Below, in pieces: positions 37,375 through 50,033 of a DNA stretch of 64,000 nt. The stretch's first letter is position 1; every line of letters starts with the position of its first letter. The position numbers were made by a program, and so were the translations under genes. This DNA is from Isurus oxyrinchus (Eukaryota): contig JANJGN010000052.1 in assembly GCA_026770705.1 (NCBI GenBank), positions 372,001 to 436,000 on the forward strand, read 5' to 3'. The notes beneath the pieces were generated by a model. That model was not told the DNA's origin. It was given only the letters and a program-made list of their open reading frames with translations, and ran no database searches.

Positions 37375-39650
37375 CCATAAGACCACAAGACGTCAGAGCA
37401 GAAGGAGGCCATTCGGCCAATCAACTCTGCTCCGCCATTCAATGACACCATGGCTGATCTGACAATCCTCAACTCCACTTTCCTGCCTCTTCCCCATAGC
37501 CTTTGATTCCCTGACTGATTAAAAAACTGTGTCTCTCAGCCTTGAATATAATTAATGACCCAGCCTCTGCAGCTCTCTGTAGTAAAGAATTCCACACATT
37601 CACTACCCTCTGAGAGAAGAAACTCCTCATCTCTGTCTTAAATGGGTGACCCCTTACTCTGAGATTATGCCCTCTGGTCCTAGACTCTCCCACAAGGGGA
37701 AACAACCTCTCAGCATCTACCCTGTCAAGCACCCTAAGAATCTTATATGTTTCAATAAGGTCAGCTCTCATTCTCCTAAACTCCAATGAGTACAGGCCCA
37801 TCCTACTCAACCTCTCCTCATATGAAAATACCTCATTACTGGGATCAACCTAGTGAACCTTCTCTGGACTGCCTCCAATGCCAGTACATCTTTCCTTAGA
37901 TAAGGGAACCAAAACTGCTCACAGTATTCTAGGTGTGGTCTAACTAGTGCCTTGTAAAGTTTTAGCAAGACTTCCCTATTTTTATACTCCATTCCCTTTG
38001 AAATAAAGGCCAACATTCCACCTGCCTTCCCTATTAACTGTTGAACTTGTATGTTATCTTTCTGATGACCCCCAAATTCCTCTATGCTTCAGCTTTCCAA
38101 TGTCTTTCTCCATTGAAATAATATTCAGCTCCTCTATACATCCTGTCACAGTGCAGCAGCTCACATTTTCCCACATTATATTCCATCTGCCAAGTTGATG
38201 TCCACTCACTGAACCTGTCTATGTCCCTCTGTAGACTCTTTGTGTCACCCTCACCACTTGCCTTCCCATCTATTTTTGTGTCATCCGCAAACTTGGCGAA
38301 AGTACATTAATTTCCCTCATCCAAGTCATTAATATATATTGTAAATAATTGTGGCCCCAGCACTGATCCCTGTGGCAATCCACAGGTTGACATCCTGAAA
38401 ATGCCCCCCTTATCTCAAATCTCTGTCTTCTCTTAGTTAGTCGATCCTCTATCCATGCTAATATACTGCCCCCAACACCATGGGCTCTTATCTTATTAAG
38501 TAGCCTTATATGTGGTAATTTACTGAACAACTTTTGGAAATCCAAATATATTACATCTACTGGTTCCCCTTTATCTATCCTGTTTGTTATCTCCTCAAGG
38601 AATTCTAATAAATTTGTCATGCATGATTTCCCCTTCATGAAGCCTGTGTGTGATTAAATTATGCATTTCTAAATAGTCTGCTATTACATCCTTTATAATG
38701 GACTCTAACATGTTCCCATTGACAGATGTTAAGCTAACTGGCCTATAGTTTCCTGTTTGTTGTCTCCCTCCCTTTTTGAATATGGGTGTTACTTTGGCAG
38801 ATTTCCAATCCTCTGGGAGTTTCCCAGAATCTAAGGATTCTTGGAAGATTAAAACCAGTGCATCCACTATCTCTGCATCTACTTCCTTTAATATCCTAAG
38901 ATGCAACCTATCAGGTCCAGGGGACCTATCAGCCTTGAGACCCATGACTTTCCCTAGTATTATTCTCTAGTGATAGTTACTGTATTTATTTCCTCCCCCC
39001 ACCCCCCTTTTGCCCCTTGATTATTTAGTATTTTTGGAATGCTATTAGTGTGTTCTACCGTGAAGACTGATGCAAAGTATTTATTCAACTCCTCTGTCAT
39101 TTCCTGGCTCCTCATTATTATTTCCCCAGCCTAGTTCTCTCAGGGGCCTATGTTCACTTTGGTCTCTCTCTCCCTTTTTATATATTTAAAGAAGCTTTTA
39201 CTGTCCTTTTTTTATAATTTGCTAGTTTACATAGTTTTCTGCCTCTTTATTTATTTTTTGGTCATCTTCTGTTGGTTTTTAAAACGTTCCCAATCCTCTG
39301 GCTTACCACTAACCATATTGCATGGTTTCTCTTTCAATTTGACACACGCCTGAACTTCTTTGGGTAACCCAGGTTGGTTTATTCTCTTCCTACAATCCTT
39401 CTTCCTCACCGGGATATATCTTTGTTGTGAGTCATGAGATATTTTCTTAAAGATCTGCCATTGTTCATCCAGCATCTTTTCTGCTAAACCCCTTTCCCAG
39501 TCCACTCCAGACAACCCTGTCCTTATTTCTTTGTAATTACACTTATTTAAGTCCAGCACAGTTGTTTCCGACCCAAGTTTCTCAGTCTCAGAGGGAATGC
39601 TGAATTGTACCAGGTTATGGTCATTTTTTTCCAGGGGATCATTTATTCTG
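37375..39650 (-). mobile_element. CR1 LINE (ORF2 RT plus 3' tail)
   Basis: GNYRPVSLTSV, KSCMTNLLEF, VDVIYLDFQK, LYKALVRPHLEYC. Confidence 0.93.
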
Positions 39651-39739
39651 AGATACAGTTCAGAGGAAAACCACCCATTAATATATCCCGTGTCAGTCAC
39701 ACCGTAGCAATAGAGAATTCCGATGGAATAGGGGCCTTT

Positions 39740-40440
39740 ACCCCAAGGAAGTGGGAATACAAAGAGGCTCGGAGAGATGCGTCAGGTTATAAATCTCTGC
39801 TCAGAGCCCACCTGCAGTTAGTGGCTTCAGTTGTGGGTCCCGCCCCTCAGGGAGGGTATATTGCCCTCCGAGGGGCTGCAGCCCAGAGTCACCAGAACGA
39901 TCCCGGGGCTGAAAGGGTTAAATTCTGAGGACAGGTTGCACAGACCAGGCTTGTGTTCCCTCGAGTCTTGAAGATTAAGGGGTGATCTAATCGAGGGGTT
40001 TAAGATGATTAAAGGATTTGATGGGGTCGATAGAGAGAAACTATTTCCCCTGGTGGTGGGGGTGAGGTGAGGGGGTGGGGGTGAGGGTGGGGGTGGGGGT
40101 GGGGGTGGGGGTGGGGGTGAGGGTGGGGGTGGGGGGGTGGGGGTGGGGGTGAGGTGAGGGGGGGTCCAGAACAAGGGGGCAGAATCTTAAAATTGGAGCC
40201 AGGCCGTTCAGGGGGTGATGTCAGGAAGCAATTCTTCACACAAAGGGGGGGTGGAAATCTGGAACTCTCTCCCCCAGAAAAAGCTGTCGAGGCTGGGAGG
40301 GGTCAATTGTAAATTTCAAAACTGACATTGGGAGATTTCTGTTGGGTCGGGGGGTGTTTAAGGTTTAAGGAACCGAGCTGGGTGGATGGGGTTAATATAC
40401 AGAACAGCCGTGATCTGATTGAATGGGGGAACAGGCTGAT
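39740..40440 (+). mobile_element. CR1-derived element with internal (GGGGGT)n tract at 40050-40165
   Basis: CR1 3' ORF2 homology; paralogs at 32690-32970 and 54310-55400 (inverse). Confidence 0.8.
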
Positions 40441-41021
40441 TATTGAATGACTGGGAATGTCAGCCCAGTGTATGGATCGCCAATCTCTAGAATGGGAGGA
40501 TTCCTCTTCTATTGGAATTCATTCAGTAATGTGGGCATCACTGGCAGGGCCAGCGTTTATTGCCCATCCCTAGTTGCCCCTTGAGAAGGCGGTGGTGAGC
40601 CGCCCGCTCGAATACAACTGAGTGGCATGCCCGGCCCATTCAGAGGGGCAGTTAAGATTCCCCTGTGGGTCAGGAGTCACATGTAGGCCAGACCGGGTAA
40701 GGATGGCAGAATTCCCTCCCTAAAGGAGATTACTGGCCCAGATGGGTTTTTACAACAATCTGGTAGTTTCATGGTGACCATCACTGAGAATTGTGAACAA
40801 ACTGTGGAGAAATGTCGACTTGCCAGCCAATCAGCACGCCCTCTTCCCCCGCATCAGAAATGGCTGTTCCCTTTGAGATTGGGTTTTCTCGTGACTCTGT
40901 CCTGACGAGGATTGAAACCTTCGACAGCATGTTTTCAGCAACACCCAAGGGGAGATTTGGTTCACCTCGGAGTTTGGACAAGATGTGGAATTGTTTAAAA
41001 GTCAGGATTGAAATTACTCAC

Positions 41022-41279
41022 ATTCAGTGGGAATTCTAATGGGCAGAGACTGGGAACTGCCCAGGATACTTGTTGCTTCACAGTAGTAGGAGATTTCCTC
41101 ATCGAATCCATAAGGAACTGTAATAGTTTGACCAGCGAGCGCGAGATTCGTCATCTTTCCTTGGGAGATCTTAAACCAGGTGAAATTGTGGACTGCTGGA
41201 TTCCCGTCACTGGAACAACTTAGAGAAATCACCTTTCCTTTTTCCAGTGTCAGCCTGACAGACGTGTTGTGAGGAGAAT
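41022..41279 (-). CDS. Gene C: C2-set exon, domain 3 (DSPHNTSV...LSCSSDGNPAVHNFTWF...YYCEATSILG)
   Basis: aag acceptor, gtgagt donor, 258 bp, phase 1/1. Confidence 0.88.
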
Positions 41280-41787
41280 CTTTCAAATACAAAATTATCA
41301 ACACATTAAACACTGAGTGTGATGGAATTCTCTCCAGTTGCCGGGATGAGTGCGGCTCCAACAACACTCAAGAAGCTCGACACCATCCAGGACAAAGCAG
41401 CCCGATTGATTGGCATCCCACCCACCATCTTCAACATTCACTCCCTCCACCATGAACACACATTGTTAGCAGTGTGCACCATTTTATTAGTGATGATCTT
41501 ATATTGATGGCCCCTAACTCTTCGTCACTCCGACAAGTGGAGACATCTTCTCCACATCTACCCTATCGAAACCCTTTCACCATTTTAAGGACCTCGATGA
41601 GGTCACCCCCTCAGCCTTCTCTTTTCTAGAGAAAAGAATCCCAGCTTGTTCAGTCTTTCCTGATAGCTATAACATCTCAGTTCTGGAATCATCCTTGTCA
41701 ATCCAACTTGCGCCTTCTCCAATGCCTGATTTAATAGGAGACCGACTCCCCCTCCATCACAAGCATGATGTTCTAATCAATACTTAC

Positions 41788-42075
41788 ACTTTACACTCAG
41801 AGTAACGGAGCTGACCACTCGATGGCTGGTTTGAGGGTAGTCGCACGTACAGCGGAGAGTTCGTCCATGATGCTTGAACGAAGGGTTAAAGGTCAGTAGA
41901 GCGGAAACCTCACCACCGTTCTCTGTAATGTTGCTGACCGATGAAGTCAGCAATTCACTCCAGGTTAGATTGGGGTGGTTATCAGGGCAGGTGTAGAGGC
42001 ATTTACAGATGATATGTGCAGGAGTCCCCTCCTGTAAATCCTTCAGGAGCACAATAACTGGCTTATCTGGAGCAT
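41788..42075 (-). CDS. Gene C: Siglec domain-2-type C2 exon (DAPDKPVIV...ICKCLYTCPDNHPNLTW...HHGRTLRC)
   Basis: tacag acceptor, gtaagt donor, 288 bp; Cys+6 interdomain cysteine. Confidence 0.9.
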
Positions 42076-42159
42076 CTGTAATAGAAAGTTCCAGATGTTA
42101 ACTGACAAGCAGAAAACAATTTGTATTTGTCCTCTGATTTTTCAATAGGGTCACAGACA

Positions 42160-42620
42160 CTCAGAACACAGAAGGAGGCCATTGGCCCATCCAGTTCATG
42201 CTGTCTCTCTGTAGAGCAATCCAATCAGTCCCATTCCCCCCGCTCTGTCCTCGTATCCCTGTGAGTTTATTTCCAATTGTCCGTCCAATTTCCTTTTGAA
42301 ATTGTTCATCGTCTCCACTTCCACCATCCTCGTAGGCAGCGAGTTCCAGCTCATTACCACTCGCTGTGTAAAAAAGTTCCTCCTCACATCGCCCCCCACC
42401 CACAACCTTCAATCTGTGTCCCCCGGTCCTTGTACCATCAGCTAATGGCAACATCTTCTCTTCGTCTACCTTATCTAAACCCATCATCATCTTGTACACC
42501 TCGATCAGATCCCCCCTCAATCTCCTTTGTTCCAAGGAGAACAACCCCAGCTCCTCCAACCCAACCTTGTAGCTAAAATCCCTCATCCCTGGACCCATTC
42601 TGCTCAATCTCCTCTCCACC
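42160..42620 (-). mobile_element. CR1 LINE 3' fragment, close paralog of 21.9-22.4 kb
   Basis: LGLFSLEQRRLRGDLIEVYK. Confidence 0.9.
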
Positions 42621-42639
42621 CAGAAGCAAAAAATCAGTT

Positions 42640-43050
42640 CAGATCAGTACTCTTATCTCGCAGTTTTACTGGTGTTCTATATTATTCTATACAAGACCAG
42701 TTTGGACCAGTACTCTTATTTCCCAGTTTAACTGGTGTTCTATATTAAGCTATGCAAGACCAGTTTGGACCAGTACTCTTATTTCCCAGTTTAACTGGTG
42801 TTCTATATTAAGCTATACAAGACCAGTTTGGACCAGTACTCTTATTTCCCAGTTTTACTGGTGTTCTATATTAAGCTATACAAGACCAGTTTGGACCAGT
42901 ACTCTTATTTCCCAGTTTTACTGGTGTTTTATATTAAGCTATACAAGACCAGTTTGGAGCAGGACTCTTATTTCCCAGTTTTACCACTGTTATATGTTAA
43001 GCTATACAAGACCAGTTTGGAGCAGGACTCTTATGTCCCAGTTTTTACAG
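42640..43050. repeat. 63-bp minisatellite, about 6 copies
   Basis: agtttggaccagtactcttatttccc recurs at 42699, 42762, 42825 etc. Confidence 0.92.
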
Positions 43051-43679
43051 TTTTGTCCTCTTGGACACCCTTTCTGAAGCTCTTACATCTTTCCTGAAGT
43101 GTGGAGGCCCAGCGTTCTGAACAATATTCCAGCTGAGTTCTAACCAGTGATTTATAAAGTTCCCGCATGATCTCTTTGCTTTTAACTCAGTTCCTCAGTC
43201 TGTTAACACAAGGAAGACATTTTCTTTCTTCATCACCTCAACAATTTGTCCTTTAATCTTTCAGAATGAGTGCAGAGAGACGCCCAGGTCTCTGCTCACC
43301 TACACCTGTCCAAATCATTACTGTCCAATATCTGTCTGTATTCATCCTGACAAAGTGCGTCACTTCACACGACACTGCGCTGAACTGCATCAGCCATGTG
43401 TCTGCCCACCTCACACTGATCCTGCCCCTCTCATGCCCAATCTCTCCTTATCACTACCCACGGCTTTGCCAAGTTTCATTCCATCAGAAAACATCATCAC
43501 TGAGGGACACTTAGCGATTGCCAGCTTCAATGTGTGAGAGCAGATTCTGCTCTGCAATTCCACGTAACTCCAGGCTGACATGCTCCAGTTAACACATGGG
43601 GATGTGGAGCAGTTGCAGCTGAAGTGGGAACAACAGTAAAGTTAAAAACATTTTGATACAAGTGATAATTCTCAGACAG

Positions 43680-44030
43680 AGCAGCACTCACTCGGCAAAG
43701 ACCCCCCAACGGTGCAGCACTCCCTCAATACTGACCCCCCAAAGGTGCAGCACCCCCTCGGTACTCACCCTCCGACAGTGCAGAACTCCCCCTGTACTGA
43801 CCCTCCGACAGTACAGCACTCCATCAGTACTGACCCGGTGACAGTGCAGCACTCCCTCAGTACTCACCCTCCGACAGTGTAGCACTCCCTCAGTACTGAC
43901 CGTCCGACAGTGCAGCACTCCCGCAGTACTGATGCTCTGACAGTGTGGCACTCGCTCAGTACTGACCCTCCGACAGTGCAGCACTCCCTCAGTACTGACC
44001 CTCTGACAGTGTGGAACTCCCTCAGTACTG
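43680..44030. repeat. 33-bp SINE-like minisatellite (inverse orientation)
   Basis: cagtactgaccctccgacagtgcagcactccct units. Confidence 0.9.
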
Positions 44031-44162
44031 CACCAGATCACATACTGGACTTTGTTCTGACATCTCCTGGAGCAGGAATTCAACCCATGACTGCCTGGCT
44101 CTGAGATGAGAACATGACCCCCTTGTGCTGATAGACTGAGTGTGAAAGGAACTGGGACTTAC

Positions 44163-44519
44163 CAAGAACCTGGAGTTGGACTGGTTGTGTAAAAGTGTGA
44201 TCTGTGTAGCCCTCCACATCCACATAAAAGTAATACACATCACTATCTTCAGCTCTGAGACTGTCAATCCTCACCGAACAATTCTTCCCTTCCAAGTCGC
44301 CGATTATTTTAGCACGTCCCACGAATGTGGCCATCGCATAGTTGGGATCTTTGGTGTATGTGATGGTATATTTCCATCTATACCAATATTTATACCAAGC
44401 TCCGTGCAGTGCTGTGTAAGAGTGGGAAGGAAAGTCAAAGCTACACGGAATAACCACACAAGAGCTGCTGATGGCCCTCCGAGACAGCGCCTTCATAGAC
44501 CATCCCTCTGACGTCACTC
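44163..44519 (-). CDS. Gene C: Siglec-type V-set exon, Arg position occupied by Tyr (DSDVYYFYVD)
   Basis: tttcag acceptor, gtaagt donor, 357 bp; SSCVVIPC and KNCSV Siglec cysteines. Confidence 0.92.
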
Positions 44520-44589
44520 CTGAAAGGCAACAAGGGAAGAGACAGGACATCAAAAAGCAGAATATTACTTCAATGGAGAGAGGCAGCAG

Positions 44590-45025
44590 AATGTGGTACA
44601 GAGGGATCTGGGTGTCCTTGTACATGAATCACAGAAAGTCAGCATTCAGGAACAGCACGGAATGAGGAAGGCAAGTGGAATGTTGGCCTTTATTGCAAAG
44701 GGATGGAGTATAAAAGGAGGGAAGTCTTGCTACAACTGTACAGGGCGTTGGTGAGATTGTATCAGGAGCAGTGTGTAGAGTTCTGGTCTCCTTACTTAGG
44801 GAGGGATAGACTCTGCATTGGAGGCAGCTCAGAGGAGGATCACTGGGCTGATTCCTGGGATGAAGGGGGTTTGTCTTATGAGGAAATGTTGAGCAGGTTG
44901 GGCCCTGTATCCATTGGAGTTTAGAAGAATGAGAGGTGATCTTATTGAAACATATAAGATTCTGAGGTGGTGGGGGGTTTGACAGGGTGGATGCTGAGGG
45001 GATGTTACCCCTTGTGGGGGAATCC
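44590..45025 (+). mobile_element. CR1 LINE fragment, close paralog of 10.65-11.06 kb
   Basis: Shared sequence cagagggatctgggtgtccttgtacatgaatcacagaaagtc. Confidence 0.88.
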
Positions 45026-45339
45026 TGTGAAGCAATAAGGATGTTTTACTGCATTAAAGGTGCTATATAAATGCACTGTCATTCCTATTGAAACAAGCTC
45101 TCTGATGCACAAACAGAAAATGCTGGAAAAACTCAGCCGGTCTGACAGCATCTGTGGAGAGAGAAACAGAGTTGGTGTTTCGAGTCCGTATGAGACTTTT
45201 GCTTTTGCTAAATTCTCTGACTCGCTATTCACTCACTCTCTGTGTGATCACTAACCCTTTTCTCTAAAATTAAATGTTCACTTCCTCACTCCAGGAAAGA
45301 ATCCAATTCCCTGAGTTCCGATCAGTAATGAATTTGTAC

Positions 45340-45385
45340 CTTGCAGCAAGCTGATGAAGATCAGTATCAGACCGACCTCTCCCAT
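45340..45385 (-). CDS. Gene C: leader exon coding part (MGEVGLILIFISLLQ); acceptor at 45399
   Basis: 46 bp, phase-1 donor gtacaa; same SLLQ-G ending as gene A leader. Confidence 0.88.
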
Positions 45386-45654
45386 CTTCAGTTCCTCATC
45401 TAAATGGAAAATGATAAAGACAGAGACTTTTTCATAAATTGTCCCCAGCGTTTCTTCCTCAAACAATAACAACTTGTGGTTAAATGGCACCTTTCAGGGA
45501 ATTAAACAGCCCCAGGGAATAAACTAACGTCAAGACAAGGAAGGAGAGATTGAGAAGGGACATCGCAAACTGATTCACCAAAGACGGCAAAAATTCATTG
45601 TTCCCTCACTCCCTGTGCTGGGTGTCCAGCTTTTTCTCTCAGTGAGTTTAGTCC

Positions 45655-46460
45655 TCACAATCTCTATCTATCGCAGTCTTCTGCTCTATCTCTCTCTCTC
45701 ACACACACACATTCTCTCTCTAACACTCACAATCTCTCTCTATCACACTCTTCTGCTCTATCTCTCTCTCTCACACACACATTCTCTCTCTAACACTGAC
45801 AATCTGTCTCTATCACACTCTTCTGCTCTATCTCTCTCTCTCACACACACATTCTCTCTCTAACACTCACAATCTCTCTCTATCACACTCCTCTGCTCTC
45901 TCTCTCTCTCACACACACACATTCTCTCTCTAACACTCACAATCTCTATCTATCGCACTCTTCTGCTCTATCTCTCTCTCACACACACACATTCTCTCTC
46001 TAACACTCACAATCTCTCTCTATCACACTCTTCTGCTCTATCTCTCTCTCTCAAACACACTCATTCTCTCTCTGACACACACATTCTCTCTCTCTCAAAC
46101 TTTCACCATTTCTCTCTATCTCGCTCTTCTGCTGTCTCCCTCTTTCTCTCTCTCACACACAAGTACCCTCTCTCTCTCTCGCACATTCTCTCTCACACAC
46201 AAGCACCCTCTCTCTCTCAAACACACTCTCTCACACGCACACTCTCTCTCACACACAAGTACCCTCTCTCTCTCTCGCACATTCTCTCTCACACACACTC
46301 TCTCTCAAACACACTCTCTCTCACATGCACACTCTCTTCCTCATACACACACACTCTCCCTCACACATGCACACACTCTCTCTATCTCTTTTTCTCTCTC
46401 ACACTGTCTCTCTCTCCCGCTCTTTCTCTCTCTCTCTCACACTCTCTCCCTCTTCTCTCT
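45655..46460. repeat. ~70-bp CT/CA-rich minisatellite and low-complexity tract
   Basis: caatctct...taacactca units. Confidence 0.85.
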
Positions 46461-46519
46461 GATACGGAAGGATTTAAGACCTGCTCATGATTTCAGCTCA
46501 AAACCCAGGCAGATTCTCC

Positions 46520-47085
46520 CCAGTGAGGGAGTGCTCAGGGGGTGCTGCACTGTCAGAGGGTCAGTGCTGAGGGAGTGCTGCACTGTCAGAGGGTCAGTGC
46601 TGAGGGAGTGCTGCACTGTCAGAGGGTCAGTACTGAGGGAGTGCTGTACAGTCAGAGGGTCAGTACTGAGGGAGTGCTGCACTGTCGGAGGGTCAGTACT
46701 GAGGGAGTGCTGTACAGTCAGAGGGTCAGTACTGAGGGAGTGCTGTACTGTCAATGGGTCAGTACTAAGGGAGTGCTGCACTGTCAGAGTGTCAGTACTG
46801 AGGGAGTGCTGCACGGTCAGAGGATCAGTACTGAGGGAGTGCTGCACTGTCGGAGGGTCAGTGCTGAGGGAGTGCTGCACTGTCAGAGGGTCAGTACTGA
46901 GGGAGTGCTGCACTGTCAGAGTGTCAGTACTGAGGGAGTGCTGCACTGTCAGAGGGTCAGTACTGAGGGAGTGCTGCACTGTCGGAGGGTCAGTACTGAG
47001 GGAGTGCTGCACTGTCAGAGGGTCAGTACTGAGGGAGTGCTGCACTGTCAAAGGGTCAGTACTGAGGGAGTGCTGCACTGTCAGA
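46520..47085. repeat. 33-bp SINE-like minisatellite array
   Basis: About 17 units; part of a block duplicated at 48.9-49.85 kb. Confidence 0.92.
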
Positions 47086-47859
47086 ACTACCGTAATTCAG
47101 ATGATGTTTGAAATTAGCAACATGCCTCATCTAAAATTCTATATCATCAGCTCAATATAAATAGATTAGTCCTGTATGTTTCACTTTACTGCAAATTGTT
47201 CATGGTTTCATTTCCTTGTTAACCAGGCTCATGTGATGACTATTTTTAAATAATGTTTGTTATTTGGAACAAGGGGCCATGCCTGAACAGATAACTGTCG
47301 GATCAAGCAGCTGGGATTTTTCTTGAACCTTGCTTCATTCAGATGTTTGCTGCTGGACATGAGATCATTAATGTGTGAATGTAGAATCGGAGTCACCTCA
47401 GTGAACAGCAGCATTGGTTGAACAGCCTGATCTGCAATAAGAACTGCTGAACACAATGTCCGTTCAGAACAGCTCGGTCCCCGATCAGAGAAACAGCCTC
47501 AGACAGAACCAACTGACGCTGGAATCCATACAATTCATCAACGTGTTGGGAGTTAGTTTGATGTCGGAGATGGAGTGTTACTGGGAAGGAGGGAACCCGT
47601 CAGGATGAACAGCTCGATGTACGACAAGGAAAGGATGAGCTAAGAGGGGTTGGTCACGGACAGACAGAGCGTGTGAAGACTCAACAAGCTAATGGCAGGT
47701 GAAGAGCTGGAAAGGTGTCTTTTCAACACAAAGTTTAGACACAGAACTCGATGTTTGATTGGGTATTTCAAACCAGAGATACTCTTTACAGGGTGAATGG
47801 ACCTTGTCAATAATCCATCCAGCCAACCTCGCCTGGAGATTAGTCCAATATTAGACACT

Positions 47860-48120
47860 AAACCGAGTCCCCCGTCTGCCCTCTCGGGCGGGTGTGAAAG
47901 ATCCCACAGCCACTATTTGGAGGAAGAGCAGGGGGGAGATCTCCCCGGTGTCCTGGGACCAATATTTATCCCTCAACCAACATCACCAAAAACAGATGCT
48001 CACATTGCTGTTTGTGGGAGCTTGCTGTGCGCTAATTGGCTGCTGCGTTTCCTACATTACAACAGTAACCACACTTCGAAAAAAGGGTGAACTCAACTGT
48101 AAAGTGTTCTGGGACATCCA
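47860..48120 (+). mobile_element. SINE fragment (shark HE1/Deu-like family, assignment inferred)
   Basis: cacattgctgtttgtgggagcttgctgtgcgc core shared with 9660 and 55537. Confidence 0.6.
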
Positions 48121-48954
48121 GAGACCATGCTGTACAGAAGAGATTTGACAGGAGCAGCAAGTGTTTTACTTACAGGAGAATGAGTCCCCAGGGTCGTAGA
48201 GTCAATCCTGTCAGATGAATGTCTAACTGGAGACACTTCAGGGAGCTGATCTAATTCTGGAAATGTTCAGTTTACCAGGATCGGAGGAGAGATGATCTTC
48301 CTCTCCTGACTGCATCGGACACGAGGTGAACTGGCTCTGGGAGGAGGGTCAGTGTTAACCCAGTTTTTCTGTGTTTGAGGGAGATGTGAAACTGGGGAAG
48401 TCACGTGGTTTTTTGGTGTGGTCACTCCATGTCTTTATTTGGTGCAGCACTCATTTAGTTCATGTCGTTGTTTCAATGCTACAAAACCACAGTGCATTCT
48501 GGACTATTTCTGCCTGACCTGCTGTCAGATACACACAGTCTGACAGAGAGGCGGAAAAGTGGTCCCTAGCAACCTGTATGACTGTNNNNNNNNNNNNNNN
48601 NNNNNNNNNNNNNNNNNNNNNNNNNNNNNNNNNNNNNNNNNNNNNNNNNNNNNNNNNNNNNNNNNNNNNNNNNNNNNNNNNNNNNNNNNNNNNNNNNNNN
48701 NNNNNNNNNNNNNNNNNNNNNNNNTATGCACACGCATACAAACACACGCTCACACACAAACTCACACACACACATACATGCACATTTTCTCTTTCTCTCT
48801 CTCCTTCTCTCTCTCACACAAACACACTCTCACTCTCTCCCACACATTGTCTTTCTCTCCCACACACTCACACACTCTTTCTGTCTCTGAGACGGAATGT
48901 TGGGGTTTGAGACCGTCTCAAGGTTACAGCTCAAAACGCAGACAGACTCTCCCC

Positions 48955-49680
48955 AGTGAGGGAGTGCTGAGGGCGTGCTGCACTGTTGGAGGGTCAGTGC
49001 TGAGGGAGTGCTGCATTGTTGGAGGGTCAGCACTGAGGAACTGCTGCACTCCCAGAGGGTCAGTACTGAGGGAGTGCTGCACTGTCACAGGGTCAATACT
49101 GAGGGAGCGCGGCACTATCAAAATGTCAGTAGTGAATCAGTGCTGAACTGTTGGACGGTCAGTGTTGAGGGAGTGCTGCACTGTCAGAGGGTCGGTACTG
49201 AGGGAGTGCTGCACTCCCAGAGGGTCAGTACTGAGGGAGTGCTGCACTGTCAGAGGGTCAGTACTGAGGGTGTGCTGAACTCCCAGAGGGTCAGTACTGT
49301 GGGAGAGCTGCACTGTCGGAGGGTCAGTACTGAGGAAGTGCTGCACTGTCGGAGGGTCAGTGCTGAGGGAGTGCTGCACTGTCGGAGGGTCAGTACTGAG
49401 GGAGTGCTGCACTCCCTGAGGGTCAGTACTGAGGGAGAGCTGCACTGTCAGAGGGTCAGTACTGAGGGTGTGCTGAACTCCCAGAGGGTCAGTACTGAGG
49501 GAGAGCTGCACTGTCGGAGGGTCAGTACTGAGGGAGTGCTGCACTACCAGAGGGTCAGTACTGAGGGAGTGCTGCACTGTCCGAAGGTCAGTAGTGAGGG
49601 AGTGCTGCACTGTCAGAGGGTCAGTACTGAGGGAGTGCTGCACTGTCAGAGGGTGGGCACTGAGGGAATGCTGCTCTGTC
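48955..49680. repeat. 33-bp SINE-like minisatellite array
   Basis: About 22 units. Confidence 0.92.
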
Positions 49681-49988
49681 AGACCTGCCATATTTCAGAT
49701 GACATTTGAAATTAGCAACATGCCTCATGTATAATTATATATCATTAGCTCAAAATAAATAGAGTATTCCTGTACGTTTCACTTTACTGTAAATTGTTTG
49801 CAGTTTCATTTCCTTAGAAACCAGGCTTGTGTGATCACTATTTTTAAATAATGTTAATAATAAAGATGCAACAATGCACACGCACACAGATACACACACA
49901 CACACACACACACACATACACAGACGTTCACACTGACACAAGCTCGCACAGGCAGACACACACACATACACAGAAAGGCAGACAGACA

Positions 49989-50033
<45 letters not shown>

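Noticed and set aside
36478-37386. Long periodic ORFs (TVQHSLSTDPP / LRECCTVRGSV) and CRISPR-like regularity
   Set aside because: Head-to-tail 33-bp units with no unique spacers in a vertebrate intron; ORFs are open only because the unit length is a multiple of 3
607-45385. Assigning symbols such as CD22, MAG, SIGLEC1 or SIGLEC15
   Set aside because: Domain counts and tails match none of them cleanly; orthology needs phylogeny and synteny
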